Positions 1 through 10,886 of a stretch of 64,000 nucleotides of DNA are shown piece by piece (position 1 is the first letter of the stretch; the number at the start of each line of letters is the position of its first letter). Source of the stretch: an uncultured Pseudomonadota bacterium (GTDB lineage Bacteria > Pseudomonadota > Alphaproteobacteria > JACZXZ01); NCBI GenBank assembly GCA_963749075.1, contig CAVVLJ010000020.1, forward strand, positions 704,001 through 768,000, given 5' to 3'. The notes below the pieces were generated by a model. The model saw nothing but the letters and a program-made list of their open reading frames with translations, had not been told where the DNA came from and did not search any database. A program made the translations under genes and the position numbers.

Positions 1-1084
1 GCTGCCAGGCCCAATCGCCCTTCACGTCGAGTATCTGCCGATCCGCAAGCCAGCTCATCGCGCGCGCGGCACTGGTTCCGTCGCGCGGCGCCTCCGCCTC
101 CATGATCGCCAGCGCCGCGAGCCCGGTGTCCCACACGGGCGACACGCAGGGCTGCGCGTAGCCGATGCCGTCCTTGAGCACGACCAGCTTCCGGAGCGCT
201 GCCTTGGCGGTCACCAGGTCGGGGTGATCCTTGGCGTAGCCGAGTGCCGAGAACGCCATGACCGCGTTCGCCATGGCGGGTGCAATGGCGCCGAGCCCGT
301 CCTCGCCGTTGAGCCGCTCGCTCACCCATTGGGCGGCGCGCTCGATCGCCTTGGCGCGCTTGCCCTTGGGGAAGAAGGGCTCGGCGATCTGCAGGAGCTT
401 GTCGAGGGCGAGGAAGTAATCGCCCAGGCGCGCGCCGGTCGGGTTGATCTGGTAGTGGCGCACCTCCTCGGACGGCGCCGCGAAGAGCTCGCGGATGTCG
501 ACCCGCCGCGGGTTCCGCGCCTTGGGCTTGAGCGCCGTGAGGATGAGCAGCGGTACGATCACCGTGCGCGACCAGTAGCTCACCTTGCTCAGGTGGAAGG
601 GGAACCAGCGCGGCAGCAGCATGATCTCGACCGGCATGACCGGCACGCCGCGCCACGGGATCTGCTCGAAGAGCGCGAGCGCGAAGCGGGTGAAGACGTT
701 GCAGCGCTCTGCGCCACCGTGGGCGAGGATCGCCTCGCGCGCGCGCCGCATGTGCGGCGCCTCGGGGTCGTCGCCCGCGAGCTTGAGCGCGAAGTAGCAT
801 TTGACCGAGGAGGAGATGTTGAAATCGCCGCCGTGGAAGAGCGCCCAGCCGCCGTGGGCACCCTGCAGGCCGCGCAGGTAGCCGGCGATCCTCGCCTCGA
901 GCTCGCGATCGACCTCGTCGAGAAAATGCCCGAGCAGGAGGAACTCGGCCGGCAGCGACGCATCGGCTTCGAGCTCGAAGGCCCAGTGGCCGTCCTCGCG
1001 CTGCAGCGCCTTGAGCGCCGCCGCGACCTCGGCAATCACGGGCTCGAGCCGGCTCTTGACAAGCTGTTCGCGATCGTCAGTCAA
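1..1084 (-). CDS. shc: squalene-hopene cyclase, 5' part (runs off the window start)
   Basis: Manual translation from TTG at 1084 gives MTDDREQLVKSRLEPVIAEVAAALKALQREDGHWAFELEADASLPAEFLLLGHFLDE...QPCVSPVWDTGLA, typical of SHC/HpnF. Absent from the ORF track because there is no stop in the window. Confidence 0.93.
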   Translation of the reverse strand, partial: MTDDREQLVKSRLEPVIAEVAAALKALQREDGHWAFELEADASLPAEFLLLGHFLDEVDRELEARIAGYLRGLQGAHGGWALFHGGDFNISSSVKCYFALKLAGDDPEAPHMRRAREAILAHGGAERCNVFTRFALALFEQIPWRGVPVMPVEIMLLPRWFPFHLSKVSYWSRTVIVPLLILTALKPKARNPRRVDIRELFAAPSEEVRHYQINPTGARLGDYFLALDKLLQIAEPFFPKGKRAKAIERAAQWVSERLNGEDGLGAIAPAMANAVMAFSALGYAKDHPDLVTAKAALRKLVVLKDGIGYAQPCVSPVWDTGLAALAIMEAEAPRDGTSAARAMSWLADRQILDVKGDWAWQ

Positions 1085-1261
1085 AGTGCCTTCCGCCGTT
1101 CGTCAAATCTTGTGCAGTGCGGCCCCAATACGCCGAAGCCGCGGTACCCAGGGGGCGCCCGGCTTCGCAAAGGAGCTTCAGGAGCCCGGACTGTAGCGGC
1201 AAGAGGGCTGTTTTTCAACGCCGTAGGAGGCCCCGCTGCCATGCGGGAGACGGGGGTGCGC

Positions 1262-1789
1262 TCAATGGCCCTCGAACTCGCAAAGCGTGGTGACCTCGAC
1301 GCCCATGGTCTCGATGCGGCGGCGGCCGCCGAGCTCGGGGAGGTCGATGACGAAGGCGGCGCCGATCACGTTGCCCTTGGCCTGGCGCAGGAGGTCGATG
1401 GCGGCGGCGGCGGTGCCGCCGGTCGCGATGAGGTCGTCGACGAGGAGGATGCGCTCGCCCTCGAGGATGGCGTCGGTGTGGATCTCGATGCGGTCGCTGC
1501 CGTATTCCAGGGCATAGTCCTGCCCGATGGTCTGCCACGGCAGCTTGCCCTTCTTGCGCACGGGGATGAAACCGGCCTCGAGCCGGTTGGCCACGGCACC
1601 GCCCAGGATGAAGCCGCGCGCCTCGATGCCCGCCACCTTGTCGACGCGCTGGCCCTGGAAGGCCTCGACCAGGCGCTCGATGGTGATGCGAAAGCCGACC
1701 GCGTCCTGGAGGAGCGTCGTGATGTCGCGGAAGATGATGCCCGGCTTGGGATAGTCGGGAATCGAGCGCACGCGGGATTTGATCGGCAC
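1262..1789 (-). CDS. apt: adenine phosphoribosyltransferase
   Basis: [25 protein letters not shown] and the PRPP motif [15 protein letters not shown] start at 1789 follows an AAGGAGG RBS. Confidence 0.95.
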   Translation of the reverse strand: MPIKSRVRSIPDYPKPGIIFRDITTLLQDAVGFRITIERLVEAFQGQRVDKVAGIEARGFILGGAVANRLEAGFIPVRKKGKLPWQTIGQDYALEYGSDRIEIHTDAILEGERILLVDDLIATGGTAAAAIDLLRQAKGNVIGAAFVIDLPELGGRRRIETMGVEVTTLCEFEGH

Positions 1790-2014
1790 GGGACCTCCTT
1801 CGCCCAAGGGCCATGGCGGGGGTTCGGGAGCTGAGGTGCCGCACAATCTAGCCAGTCGGGCGGCGAAAGGCAAAGTGCCGCAAGAGCGCCAGGGCGGCGG
1901 CGAGCCGGCTGCCGCTTGACTCCATGAACTCGAGCGGGCACGGTTCGCTACGCCTGTAACCGTGCAAAATAAAGGCGGCCGCAAGACCGCCTGTTGCCAG
2001 GGAGGAAATACGCC

Positions 2015-3046
2015 ATGACCGTCCGCCGCTTCAACCGCCGCTCCATGCTGCGCGCCGCCGGTGCCGTGCCGCTTGCGCTTCTGCTGGCACCCGCCATCAT
2101 CGGCAGGGCCGAGGCCGCCCAGATGAAGATGCGGCTCTCCTCCTCGCTGCCGAACGACCCGAAATACGCCAACGGCCGTGTCTATTACGACAACCTCGTG
2201 AAGCACGTGAAGGCGGACGGCCTGGGCGAGGCGCTCGACATCCAGTTCTTTCCCGACAACCAGCTCGGCCAGGAGATCGACGTCATCAATTCGGTCAAGC
2301 TCGGGGTCATCGACCTCATGGTCTCGGGCTCGTCGATCTCGGCCAATCTCGTGCCGCTGGTCGGCACCTTCGATCTCGGCTACCTCTTCGACAGCTTCCC
2401 GCAGCAGACCAAGGCCTTCGACGCCGGTGCCGCCAAGCCGGTCGAGGCAGCGCTCCTCAAGGGCGCCAATATCCGCATCATCGCCTGGGCCTACAACTTC
2501 GGCTCGCGCAGCGTGCTCGCCAGGAAGGCGGTGAAGGAGCCCGCGGATCTGGCGGGGCTCAAGATCCGCACGTTGCCCAATCCGGTCATCACCGAGTGTC
2601 TGCGTCTCATGGGGGCGGCCGCGACGCCGCTCGCCTTCGGGGAGATCTACACGGCGCTTCAGGCGGGCGTGCTCGACGGGCTGGAGCACGATCCCCCCAC
2701 CATCCTCGCCAGCAAGTTCTACGAGACGGTGAAGTTCTACTCCCTCACCCAGCACAATTTCTCGCCGCTCGCCGTCTATTTCAGCGAGATGACCTTCACG
2801 CGCATGGACCCCAAGCTGCGCGACGGCTTCGTCGCGGCGGCGCAAAAGGCCGCGGTCGATACGCGGACGCAGGGTCTCGCGGTCGAGAAGGAGGCGCTCG
2901 AGGTCCTGAAGCAGAAGGGCGTCGCCGTCTCCGCGTGCGACAAGGAGGCCTTCCGCAAGCGCGTCATGCCGCAGACCGTGGATTTCGTGAAGGCGCATCC
3001 CGACGCCAAGCCGGTCGTCGATATGATCCGCGCGACCCACGTCTGA
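2015..3046 (+). CDS. TRAP transporter substrate-binding protein (DctP family) with twin-arginine-like signal
   Basis: [10 protein letters not shown]-terminus; DLAGLKIRT with the conserved Arg; [13 protein letters not shown]; GGAGG RBS. Confidence 0.9.
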   Translation: MTVRRFNRRSMLRAAGAVPLALLLAPAIIGRAEAAQMKMRLSSSLPNDPKYANGRVYYDNLVKHVKADGLGEALDIQFFPDNQLGQEIDVINSVKLGVIDLMVSGSSISANLVPLVGTFDLGYLFDSFPQQTKAFDAGAAKPVEAALLKGANIRIIAWAYNFGSRSVLARKAVKEPADLAGLKIRTLPNPVITECLRLMGAAATPLAFGEIYTALQAGVLDGLEHDPPTILASKFYETVKFYSLTQHNFSPLAVYFSEMTFTRMDPKLRDGFVAAAQKAAVDTRTQGLAVEKEALEVLKQKGVAVSACDKEAFRKRVMPQTVDFVKAHPDAKPVVDMIRATHV

Positions 3047-3056
3047 GACGGTCGCC

Positions 3057-4913
3057 GTGGCGGGCGCCGCGTCCGAACCGAGCGGCGCCGAGCGCCTCCT
3101 CATCCGCCCGCTCTTGCGCGCGACGGACGCCGCCAGCGCCTTGCTGCTGGCGGCGGACCTCGTGGTCGTCATCGCCTCGGTGCTGCTGCGCTCGCTCTTC
3201 GACGCGCCGGTCGAATGGTCGGACGACGTGGCGCGCGGCCTCATGGTGGGCTCGAGCTTCTTCGGCGCCGCGAGTGCGCTCGGGCGCAGCGAGAACGTCG
3301 GCGTCGTCTTCTTCGTCGAGCGCATCCCGCAGCGCCCGCGCCGGCTGATCGACGCCGCCGGCGCCTTGCTGATCCTCGTCGTCTCCGCCTATGTCGCGGC
3401 GAACGCGTTGAGACTCGGCACCCTCACAATCGGACAGACGACGGGCTCCGGCCTGCCGCTCGAGCTCACCTTCTATCCGATGGGTGCGGCCACTTGCTGC
3501 ATGACGGTCTTCGCCTGCCATCAATACTGCCGCCGCGGCCTCGCCGACATGGCGGCGGCGGCGGCCATCGTGGGCCTCCTCGCCGGGCTGTGGTACGGCT
3601 GGAGCATGCTGTCGCCCGAGACGGCACCCAAGCCGGGCGTGCTGATGGCGATCGGCTTCGCGCTCTCGCTTTGCGGCGGCATGCCGATCGGCTTCGCACT
3701 GGCGCTCGCGGCGCTGATCTACGTCTGGGTCGACGGCTCGCTCCCCGGCGTGATCTTCGCCCAGCAGATGGCGCGCGGCATCGACAATTTCGTGCTGCTC
3801 GCCATCCCCTTCTTCATCCTGGTCGGCTACATCATGGAGGCGAACGGCATGTCCGTCCGCCTGATCGAGCTCCTGGAGCGCCTGGTCGGGCGCATGCGCG
3901 GCGGGCTCAACGTCGTCATGGTGCTCTCCATGGTGATCTTCTCGGGCATCTCCGGCTCGAAGATGGCCGACGTGGCGGCGGTGGGCTCGGTCCTCATCCC
4001 GGCGGCGCGGCGCTCGCGGCAGAACCCCGGCGGCGCGGTAGCGCTCCTCGCCGCCTCGGCGGTGATGGCGGAGACCATCCCGCCCTGCATCAACCTGATC
4101 ATCCTCGGCTTCGTCGCCAACCTCTCGATCGGCGGCCTCTTCATGGCGGGCCTGCTGCCGGCCGGGCTGATGGCGCTCGCCCTCATCGCCGTGGCCGTGC
4201 TCTTCGCCGGGCGCAGCCGCATGACAAGCGAGGGCGCAGCACGGAGGGGGACCGCCAAGCTTTGGGGCGGTGCTGCGGTGACGCTCGGCCTCATCGCCAT
4301 CATCTTCGGCGGCTTCAAGAGCGGCTTCGCCACCGCGACCGAGATCTCCGCCTTCGCGGCCCTCTATGCGCTCGCCGTGGGCGGCCTCGTCTTCCGCGAG
4401 CTCGGCTTCAAGGCGGCGGCGGCGAGCTTCGTGCATGCGGCGACGCGCTCGGGCCTGGTGCTCTTCATCGTCGCCGCCGCCCAGTCGCTCGCCTTCATGC
4501 TGACCCTGCAGCGGGTGCCGCATGCCCTCGGCAGGATGATGATCGGCCTCTCGCACGACAGCGGCACCTGGCCCTTCATGCTGCTCTCGATCCTCATCCT
4601 CATCGTCATGGGCTCGATGCTCGAGGGTGCCGCGGCGCTCATCATCTTCGGGCCGCTCCTGATACCGGTCGCAGCCCAGCTCGGCATCGCACCGCTTCAT
4701 TTCGGCGTCGTCCTGGTGATCGCCATGGGCATCGGGCTCTTCGCCCCGCCGCTCGGCCTCGGCCTCTACGGCGCCTGCCTCATCGGCAACGTCCCCATCG
4801 AGCAGACGGTGAAGCCGATGCTCGGCTACCTCGGCCTCTTGCTCGCCTGCCTCCTCGTCATCGCCTTCGTGCCCGGGATCGCCCTCTGGCTGCCCCACGC
4901 GCTGGGCTATTGA
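3057..4913 (+). CDS. TRAP transporter fused small/large permease (DctQ-DctM)
   Basis: DctQ-like N-terminus ([10 protein letters not shown]) followed by DctM motifs [31 protein letters not shown]. Confidence 0.9.
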   Translation: MAGAASEPSGAERLLIRPLLRATDAASALLLAADLVVVIASVLLRSLFDAPVEWSDDVARGLMVGSSFFGAASALGRSENVGVVFFVERIPQRPRRLIDAAGALLILVVSAYVAANALRLGTLTIGQTTGSGLPLELTFYPMGAATCCMTVFACHQYCRRGLADMAAAAAIVGLLAGLWYGWSMLSPETAPKPGVLMAIGFALSLCGGMPIGFALALAALIYVWVDGSLPGVIFAQQMARGIDNFVLLAIPFFILVGYIMEANGMSVRLIELLERLVGRMRGGLNVVMVLSMVIFSGISGSKMADVAAVGSVLIPAARRSRQNPGGAVALLAASAVMAETIPPCINLIILGFVANLSIGGLFMAGLLPAGLMALALIAVAVLFAGRSRMTSEGAARRGTAKLWGGAAVTLGLIAIIFGGFKSGFATATEISAFAALYALAVGGLVFRELGFKAAAASFVHAATRSGLVLFIVAAAQSLAFMLTLQRVPHALGRMMIGLSHDSGTWPFMLLSILILIVMGSMLEGAAALIIFGPLLIPVAAQLGIAPLHFGVVLVIAMGIGLFAPPLGLGLYGACLIGNVPIEQTVKPMLGYLGLLLACLLVIAFVPGIALWLPHALGY

Positions 4914-4997
4914 GGGGGCGCGGCGCTCGGCGGACGAGTCTGACTTGACAGAGTTCGTTGGCGGTCGCTCGAACCTTGCTGGCGAGCGTAGCCTTGA

Positions 4998-6044
4998 TTA
5001 CCGGCGGCGAGGCAGGCGCTCTCGTAACTCCGCACCCTCCCCCCAATATCCGCGCTCGATGTTCCGAACGTTAATCGCGGCGGGCTCGCCGCCCCAAATT
5101 TTGAGTTTGTCGCGATACGGCCCGAGCTTGAAATACTGCAGTCCGTCGCCCGGCTCAGGTCCGGTGTTCACCGCGGGATCGGTATCGCCGGCATGTCCGA
5201 ATTCGCCTGTAGCCGTCACAATAGGCAGTTCCCTGCCGCTCTTCGGATCGTCGACCGAAAGTTGCAGGATGCCGTCCGCGTCCTTGACCTTGGTCGGCGC
5301 GACGCGCACCGTGAAGCGCCGCCACGAGTAGATGTCGTCGGGTAACGGGTTCTCCTGCTTCACGTCCACGAGGTTGGTGCATGAGAGGAATTCGCTCTCA
5401 AGATGAGCCTGCAGGCCGCGCGAGTCGGTCGCAAGGAGGGCTCGCACCTGGAGTTCTTTGAAATCGCTCTTGCTGTTGCCGAAGACATGATGATCCAAGG
5501 CCCTGACGCCGTCCGGACAAGGGCCGGGCTTCTGGTACGGTTTGACGTGCCGGCTTATCTCCGACCCATCAACGAAGGTGACGTTTTTCGCCTCATAGAG
5601 GTGCTCGACTGTCGCGACATAGCGGCCCCTGTCGATGCGCAGGGCGAAGAGCGGGCTACCGCCGTCGGAATCGTAATAGGGCGCCTTGATCTGAGCGCAG
5701 ACGCACCGCGCGTCGACGATCGGAAATGACTTCTCGGCCCGCATATCGAACGAGTACCAAACCGGCGTGCCGAGCGCGACCTTCTTGTCGCGCAACTCGC
5801 AACGATCGCACCTCTCGGGATCGCCGTCCGAGGCTTTCGTATAAGCGTCCCTCGCCACAGCAAGCCTGAGCCAGGCGCCGTCACTATCTTGGTAAAGCGT
5901 GGGCGATATCCCATTCGGATTGTTATTCCGCAGGAAAGTCATCGCGCCATAGCTGATATCCACGGGAAAGTTCGGATGGGCGATATCGACCTCGTAGTCC
6001 AAGGCGGCGTGGTCTCCGCTTGGCTTCTTGCGAGCAGTGCCCAT
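4998..6044 (-). CDS. putative polysaccharide-lyase-like (heparin lyase I-like jelly-roll) protein
   Basis: RCELR...VWYSFDM, AQIK, SPLFALRI and the C-terminal YFKLGPYR motif. No signal peptide is evident. Confidence 0.55.
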   Translation of the reverse strand: MGTARKKPSGDHAALDYEVDIAHPNFPVDISYGAMTFLRNNNPNGISPTLYQDSDGAWLRLAVARDAYTKASDGDPERCDRCELRDKKVALGTPVWYSFDMRAEKSFPIVDARCVCAQIKAPYYDSDGGSPLFALRIDRGRYVATVEHLYEAKNVTFVDGSEISRHVKPYQKPGPCPDGVRALDHHVFGNSKSDFKELQVRALLATDSRGLQAHLESEFLSCTNLVDVKQENPLPDDIYSWRRFTVRVAPTKVKDADGILQLSVDDPKSGRELPIVTATGEFGHAGDTDPAVNTGPEPGDGLQYFKLGPYRDKLKIWGGEPAAINVRNIERGYWGEGAELRERLPRRR

Positions 6045-6197
6045 AAGGTGTCCCCCGGAAGACGCTTCGCCGCGAAGTCGGCACAGACCAATTCGCGGGT
6101 CTCAACATACAGCCGATCAAGGATCCATGCCTAGGAGACTCGTCACATGGTTCTGCAGCCGGAAATGGAATCGATTAAGCGCCAGGACGATGCCGAG

Positions 6198-7232
6198 CTA
6201 CTCGCGGCGAAGGCGGATAAGCCGCTTGCCGAGGTTCTCTCCGCGATAGAGCTCGGCGATGGCGCCGGGGCAGCTCTCGATGCCGTCGCGGATGTCCTCG
6301 AGATAACGGATGCGTCCCTCGCGCACCCAGGCCGCCAGGCGCATGACGGCTTCCTCATAGCGATGGCGGTAATCGAACACGAGAAATCCCGACATGCGCG
6401 CCCGCTTGACGAGGAGATGCCGCTCGACGCGCGGCCCCATGGGCGGCGGGTCCCAGCTCGCAACCGACGCGGTGCCGCAGATCACCACCCGCGCGCCGGC
6501 GGCGAGCTCAGCCAGCACCGCATCGCTGATCGCACCGGCGGTGTTGTCGAAATAGACATCGACGCCGCGCGGGCAGGAGGCCGCAATGGCCTCGCCGAGG
6601 TTGGGGCCGGCCTTGTAGTCGCCCGCCTTGTAGTCGATTGCCGCGTCATAGCCGAACTCTTCGAGGCAGATGCGGGTCTTCACGGCACCTCCCGTGACGC
6701 CGACCGTGCGGCAACCCATCAGTTTGGCGATCTGCCCGACCGCGGAGCCGACGGCACCGGCCGCCGTCGACACGACGACGGTGTCGCCCGGGCGCGGCTC
6801 GCCGAGGTCGAGGAGGCCAAAATAGGCGGTGACGCCGTTCAGCCCGAGAATTCCCAGCGAGAGCGAGAGCGGCAGATCCGTCTCGCGCACCTTTCGCGCG
6901 ATCGAGCTGCCGTCGGAGAGCGCGTACTCCTGCCAGCCGAGCATGCCCATCACGGCATCCCCTTCGGCATAATCCCTATGACGCGACGCCACCACCTTGC
7001 CCGCCGCGAAGGCGCGCATCACCTCGCCCAGTCCGACCGGCGTCGAGTAGTTGGCGACGGCGCTCACCCAGCCGCGCATCGCAGGCTCGACCGAGAGATA
7101 ATCGTTCCGCACGAGGAACTGTCCGTCGCGAAGTTCCGGCAACGCGGCATCGGCGATTTCGAAATGTTCGGCCTCCGGGATGCCGCTCGGACGGGACTTG
7201 AGGCGAACCTGGCGATTCACGTCCGCTGGCAT
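6198..7232 (-). CDS. NADP-dependent oxidoreductase (MDR, prostaglandin-reductase/CurA-like)
   Basis: RQVRLKSRPSGIP, YLSVEPAMRGW, TAYFGL, AAGAVGSAVGQIAK, GVDVYFDN. Confidence 0.9.
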   Translation of the reverse strand: MPADVNRQVRLKSRPSGIPEAEHFEIADAALPELRDGQFLVRNDYLSVEPAMRGWVSAVANYSTPVGLGEVMRAFAAGKVVASRHRDYAEGDAVMGMLGWQEYALSDGSSIARKVRETDLPLSLSLGILGLNGVTAYFGLLDLGEPRPGDTVVVSTAAGAVGSAVGQIAKLMGCRTVGVTGGAVKTRICLEEFGYDAAIDYKAGDYKAGPNLGEAIAASCPRGVDVYFDNTAGAISDAVLAELAAGARVVICGTASVASWDPPPMGPRVERHLLVKRARMSGFLVFDYRHRYEEAVMRLAAWVREGRIRYLEDIRDGIESCPGAIAELYRGENLGKRLIRLRRE

Positions 7233-7402
7233 GACGGCTTCCCGTTGCGGCCTGAATCGGCATGCTAGATCGTTTCGCCGCGATCGCCAAGGGGACGGCC
7301 GCTGCGACGGCCGCTGCCTTGGCGCACTAATTGCCTTGCCTGCCCCGCCGACCGGAGACATCCTGGTGCCGCACGATCGATGCCTCTCATGGGAGAGCTG
7401 CC

Positions 7403-8014
7403 GTGAGCGTCGAATTCCTGGTCACCTCGCTCATCGTCGTCGTCTCGCCCGGGACCGGCGTCCTCTATACGCTGGCGGCCGGCCTCTCGCGGGGATCCCG
7501 CGCGAGCGTCGTGGCGGCGTTCGGCTGCACGATCGGCATCGTGCCGCACATCGCGGCGGCGGTCACGGGGCTGGCGGCACTCCTCCACGCCAGCGCGCTC
7601 GCCTTCGAGACCTTCAAATATCTGGGCGTGGCCTATCTTCTCTATATGGCCTGGCACGCACTGCGCGAGCACGGCGCGTTGCAGGTGGAGAAGGAGATCG
7701 GTCCGCGCTCGGCGCTCCAGGTCACCGTCCGGGCCGTGCTGATCAACCTCCTCAATCCCAAGCTGTCGATTTTCTTTCTCGCATTCCTGCCGCAGTTCGT
7801 GAGCGCGGGCGAGCCCAGCCCGCTTTCGCGCATGCTCGAACTGAGCGCCGTCTTCATGCTGATGACTTTCGTGGTCTTCGTCGGCTACGGCTTGTTCGCC
7901 GCCTCGCTTCGCGACCACGTGCTCTCGCGCCCGCGGGTGCTGACGTGGATGCGCCGCACCTTCGCCGGCGCCTTCCTTGCGCTCGGCGCCAAGCTGGCGT
8001 TTGCCGATCGTTGA
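7403..8014 (+). CDS. LysE/RhtB family translocator
   Basis: SPGTG, KYLGVAYLLYMAW, NLLNPKLSIFFLAFLPQF. Confidence 0.9.
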   Translation: MSVEFLVTSLIVVVSPGTGVLYTLAAGLSRGSRASVVAAFGCTIGIVPHIAAAVTGLAALLHASALAFETFKYLGVAYLLYMAWHALREHGALQVEKEIGPRSALQVTVRAVLINLLNPKLSIFFLAFLPQFVSAGEPSPLSRMLELSAVFMLMTFVVFVGYGLFAASLRDHVLSRPRVLTWMRRTFAGAFLALGAKLAFADR

Positions 8015-8134
8015 AGGAATCGCGTCCCTCGATGACACGGCAATTGCCATGTGATCCGCCTCCGACTAACTCCCTGTAGCTGCCCGATCGGAAGGGCGGT
8101 CGCCCTCATGGCCCTGGCATTGGGGCGGGGTTGT

Positions 8135-8881
8135 TCAGAGCTTGGAGCCGCCGTCGACCCGAACGCTATCGCCGGTGATCCAGCGGGCGTCGTCCGAGGC
8201 GAGGAAGGCGACGACCGGTCCGACATCGGCCGGCTCGCCGATCCGCTGCATCGCCTGCATCGCAAGCGTGAAGGCACGGCCGTCCTTGGTTCTGGCGAAG
8301 CTCGACATGTCCGTGTCGATCACCCCGGGTGCCACGGCGTTGACGCGGATTCCGCGCGGGCCGAGCGCCGAAGCGAAGTGCTTCACCAGCGTGTCGACGG
8401 CGCCCTTTGTGGCCGCATAGGCCGAGAACGTGCCGACGGAAGCGCGTGCCGCCAGCGATGAGACGAGGACCACGCTGCTGCCGCTGCCGAGGATCGGGAG
8501 CAATTGCTGCACGAGGAAGAAGGGCGCGCGGACGTTGACCGCGAAGAGGTTGTCGAAGTCCTCGACCGTGGTGTCCTCGATCGTCGCGGCCTTGGCGACG
8601 CCTGCATTGGCAACGAGGATATCCAGACGATCGCCGACGATGCTGCGGACCTGCCTGGCGAGCTTGTGCGCCCCGTCCGGCGCGGCGAGGTCGGCCGCGA
8701 CCGCATCGGCACGACCGCCGGCATTGCGGATGTCCCTAACGACGGCTTCGGCCTCCTTAGCACCGCGGCCGTAGTGAACGAGGACCTGCGCTCCGGCCTT
8801 GGCAAGGGCGAGCGCGCTGGCGCGGCCGATGCCGCGAGAGGCGCCGGTGACAAGGGCCGTCTTTCCTGAGAGAAGGGTCAT
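8135..8881 (-). CDS. short-chain dehydrogenase/reductase
   Basis: TGASRGIG, NAG, YAATK. Confidence 0.9.
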   Translation of the reverse strand: MTLLSGKTALVTGASRGIGRASALALAKAGAQVLVHYGRGAKEAEAVVRDIRNAGGRADAVAADLAAPDGAHKLARQVRSIVGDRLDILVANAGVAKAATIEDTTVEDFDNLFAVNVRAPFFLVQQLLPILGSGSSVVLVSSLAARASVGTFSAYAATKGAVDTLVKHFASALGPRGIRVNAVAPGVIDTDMSSFARTKDGRAFTLAMQAMQRIGEPADVGPVVAFLASDDARWITGDSVRVDGGSKL

Positions 8882-8931
8882 GGTTGCCTATCCTTTTGAG
8901 CAGCGGGTTCGAGCCTTTGCCGGTGCTCAGC

Positions 8932-9678
8932 TCACCCCGCCGACTTTCCGCCATCGACGGAAAGCACCTGGCCGGTGGTGAAGGACGACTTGTCGGAGGC
9001 GAGGAATAGGATGGCGTTGGCGATCTCGTCGGGCTCTCCCACGCGCTTGAGCGGCACGCCCGAGACGAGACCGGCCTTTCTTTCGGCGTTGCCGGTGAAG
9101 CGGTTGAGCATCGCGGTCTCGATCGGCCCCGGTGCCACCGCGTTGACGCGAACGCCCGAACCTGCGACCTCGAGTGCGGCGGACTTGGTGAGCCCCTCGA
9201 CCGCGTGCTTGCTCGCGGAATAGACGGAGGCACCGCCCGCGCCATTGTGACCGTAGGTCGATGAGATGTTGACGATGCTGCCGCCGCCCTGAGCCTGCAT
9301 CACGCGCAGCTCATGCTTCATGCTGAGGAGCGTGCCGAGCACATTGGTATCGAAGGTGGCGGCATAGCTGTCGGCGGTCTGCTGCGTCACCGGACCGGGC
9401 CGGCCTTCGGTGCCGGCGTTGTTGACGGCCGCGTCCAGGCGACCGAAGCGTGCGACGGTGCGATCGACCAGGCTGCGCACATCGTCCTCGTGGCGCACGT
9501 CCGCACGGATGAACTCGGCCTCTGCGCCGAGCGCGCGGAGCTCCGCGGCCAATGCCTTGCCGGCTTCCTCGTGGCGACCGGAGACGACGACGCGATTGCC
9601 GGCCCGCGCGAAAGCAAGGGCCGCCGCGCGGCCGATTCCAGTTAGCGCGCCGGTGATCAAGACAATAGGGGTGCTCAT
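8932..9678 (-). CDS. short-chain dehydrogenase/reductase
   Basis: TGALTGIG, NNAG, YSASK. Confidence 0.9.
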   Translation of the reverse strand: MSTPIVLITGALTGIGRAAALAFARAGNRVVVSGRHEEAGKALAAELRALGAEAEFIRADVRHEDDVRSLVDRTVARFGRLDAAVNNAGTEGRPGPVTQQTADSYAATFDTNVLGTLLSMKHELRVMQAQGGGSIVNISSTYGHNGAGGASVYSASKHAVEGLTKSAALEVAGSGVRVNAVAPGPIETAMLNRFTGNAERKAGLVSGVPLKRVGEPDEIANAILFLASDKSSFTTGQVLSVDGGKSAG

Positions 9679-9837
9679 ATCGCCATTCCTTCAGATAGGG
9701 TTGACCCTTGAGCCGCCGCCGTGAAAGCGGAAACCGGAACTCCACCGGGACGATGATGACGCGCCAACGATCGGTGCTGCTGACGGGCATTTAGGTTTTC
9801 CTGGCGCCCCTGAGAAAGACTTTGTATGATCCGGGCC

Positions 9838-9852
9838 ATACCTCGTAGGCAT
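9838..9852. promoter_or_regulatory. LysR-type recognition site (ATAC-N7-GCAT)
   Basis: ATACctcgtagGCAT is a T-N11-A dyad resembling the ATAC-N7-GTAT box. It lies between the divergent lysR and SDR genes. Confidence 0.6.
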
Positions 9853-9862
9853 GGGACCAGTC

Positions 9863-10766
9863 ATGGAGCTGCGGCATCTGCGCTATTTCATTGCGGTTGC
9901 CGAGGAAGGGAGTCTCACGCTCGCGGCCGGCCAACGTCTGCATACGGCGCAGCCCTCTCTGAGCCGGCAAATCCGCGATCTGGAGTTGGACGTAGGCGTG
10001 CAACTCCTGATCCGCAGCGCCCGCGGCGTCGAACTGACTGCCGCAGGCCGCGCCTTTCTCGATCATGCACGACTGGCGCTATCGCAGGTCGAGGCGGCTC
10101 GCGAAGCGGCGCGGCGGGCTGCGCACCCCGCCAAGGCGTCCTTCGTCATGGGCTTCCTCACGGGGCACGAGATGGAATGGCTCCCGGAGGCCGTGCGGAT
10201 TCTGCGCGACGAGTTGCCCAACATCGAGGTCATCATCTCCAGCCAATCCTCGCCGGAACTGGCGGCAGCGCTCCTGAGCGGAAAAGTCGACCTGGCCTTC
10301 CTGCGGCGGGAAGACGGGATGCCGGATCTGGCGTTCAAGCTCCTGACCAAGGAACCGCTGGTCGTCGTTCTGCCGAGCGATCACCGCCTCGCGGCCTTCA
10401 AGGCCATCAGCCTGCACGATATCGTGGGCGAGACATTCATAGGGGTGTCGAAGACCGCGCCTGCCCTGCGTGTGATCATTGACGACTACATAAAAAGCTC
10501 CGGCACGAACATCACGCCGGATCACGAAGCGGATAATCTTTCCATGGCAATATCGCTGGTGGCCTCGACACGCGGCGTAGCGTTGTTGCCGATCTACGTC
10601 CAAAATTTCCTTCCTTGGTCGGTGATAAGCCGCCCCCTGAAGGGCGCAGCTCCGACGATCGACTTGGTTCTCGGCTACCACAAGGCGAACACGTCTTCGC
10701 TTCTTAAGCTTTTCCTATCAAGAGTTCGACGACTTGATCGCCAGTGTGTCGAAAAAGGCCCATTGA
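9863..10766 (+). CDS. LysR family regulator (HcaR-like), probable +1 frameshift near the 3' end
   Basis: MELRHLRYF...LHTAQPSLSRQIRDLE HTH. Removing one T at 10725-10726 gives the ending SRVDDLIASVSKKAH* (stop 10764-10766). As sequenced, the ORF runs to 10849. Confidence 0.85.
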
Positions 10767-10886
10767 GCGCGGCCAACTCCCCTCCATCAACCGCCCCAAG
10801 GGCGGACAGCGCCCGCTGGTCGAGGTGGCGCGGCGTGACATGTAGATGATCCGCGATCTCTCCGAGCGCCTCCGCAGCTATCCGCT

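Noticed and set aside
1200-1222. GGCTGTTTTTCAAC segment resembling an IS end
   Set aside because: No partner inverted repeat, target duplication or transposase was found in the window.
224-1834. 536-aa plus-strand ORF, and similar long antisense ORFs such as 34844-37882 and 38316-40166
   Set aside because: These are shadow ORFs opposite well-supported genes, expected in high-GC DNA, and show no recognisable motifs.
1262-3325. 687-aa ORF ending in Apt
   Set aside because: The upstream part is the antisense of the TRAP binding-protein gene. The real apt starts at GTG 1789 with a strong RBS.
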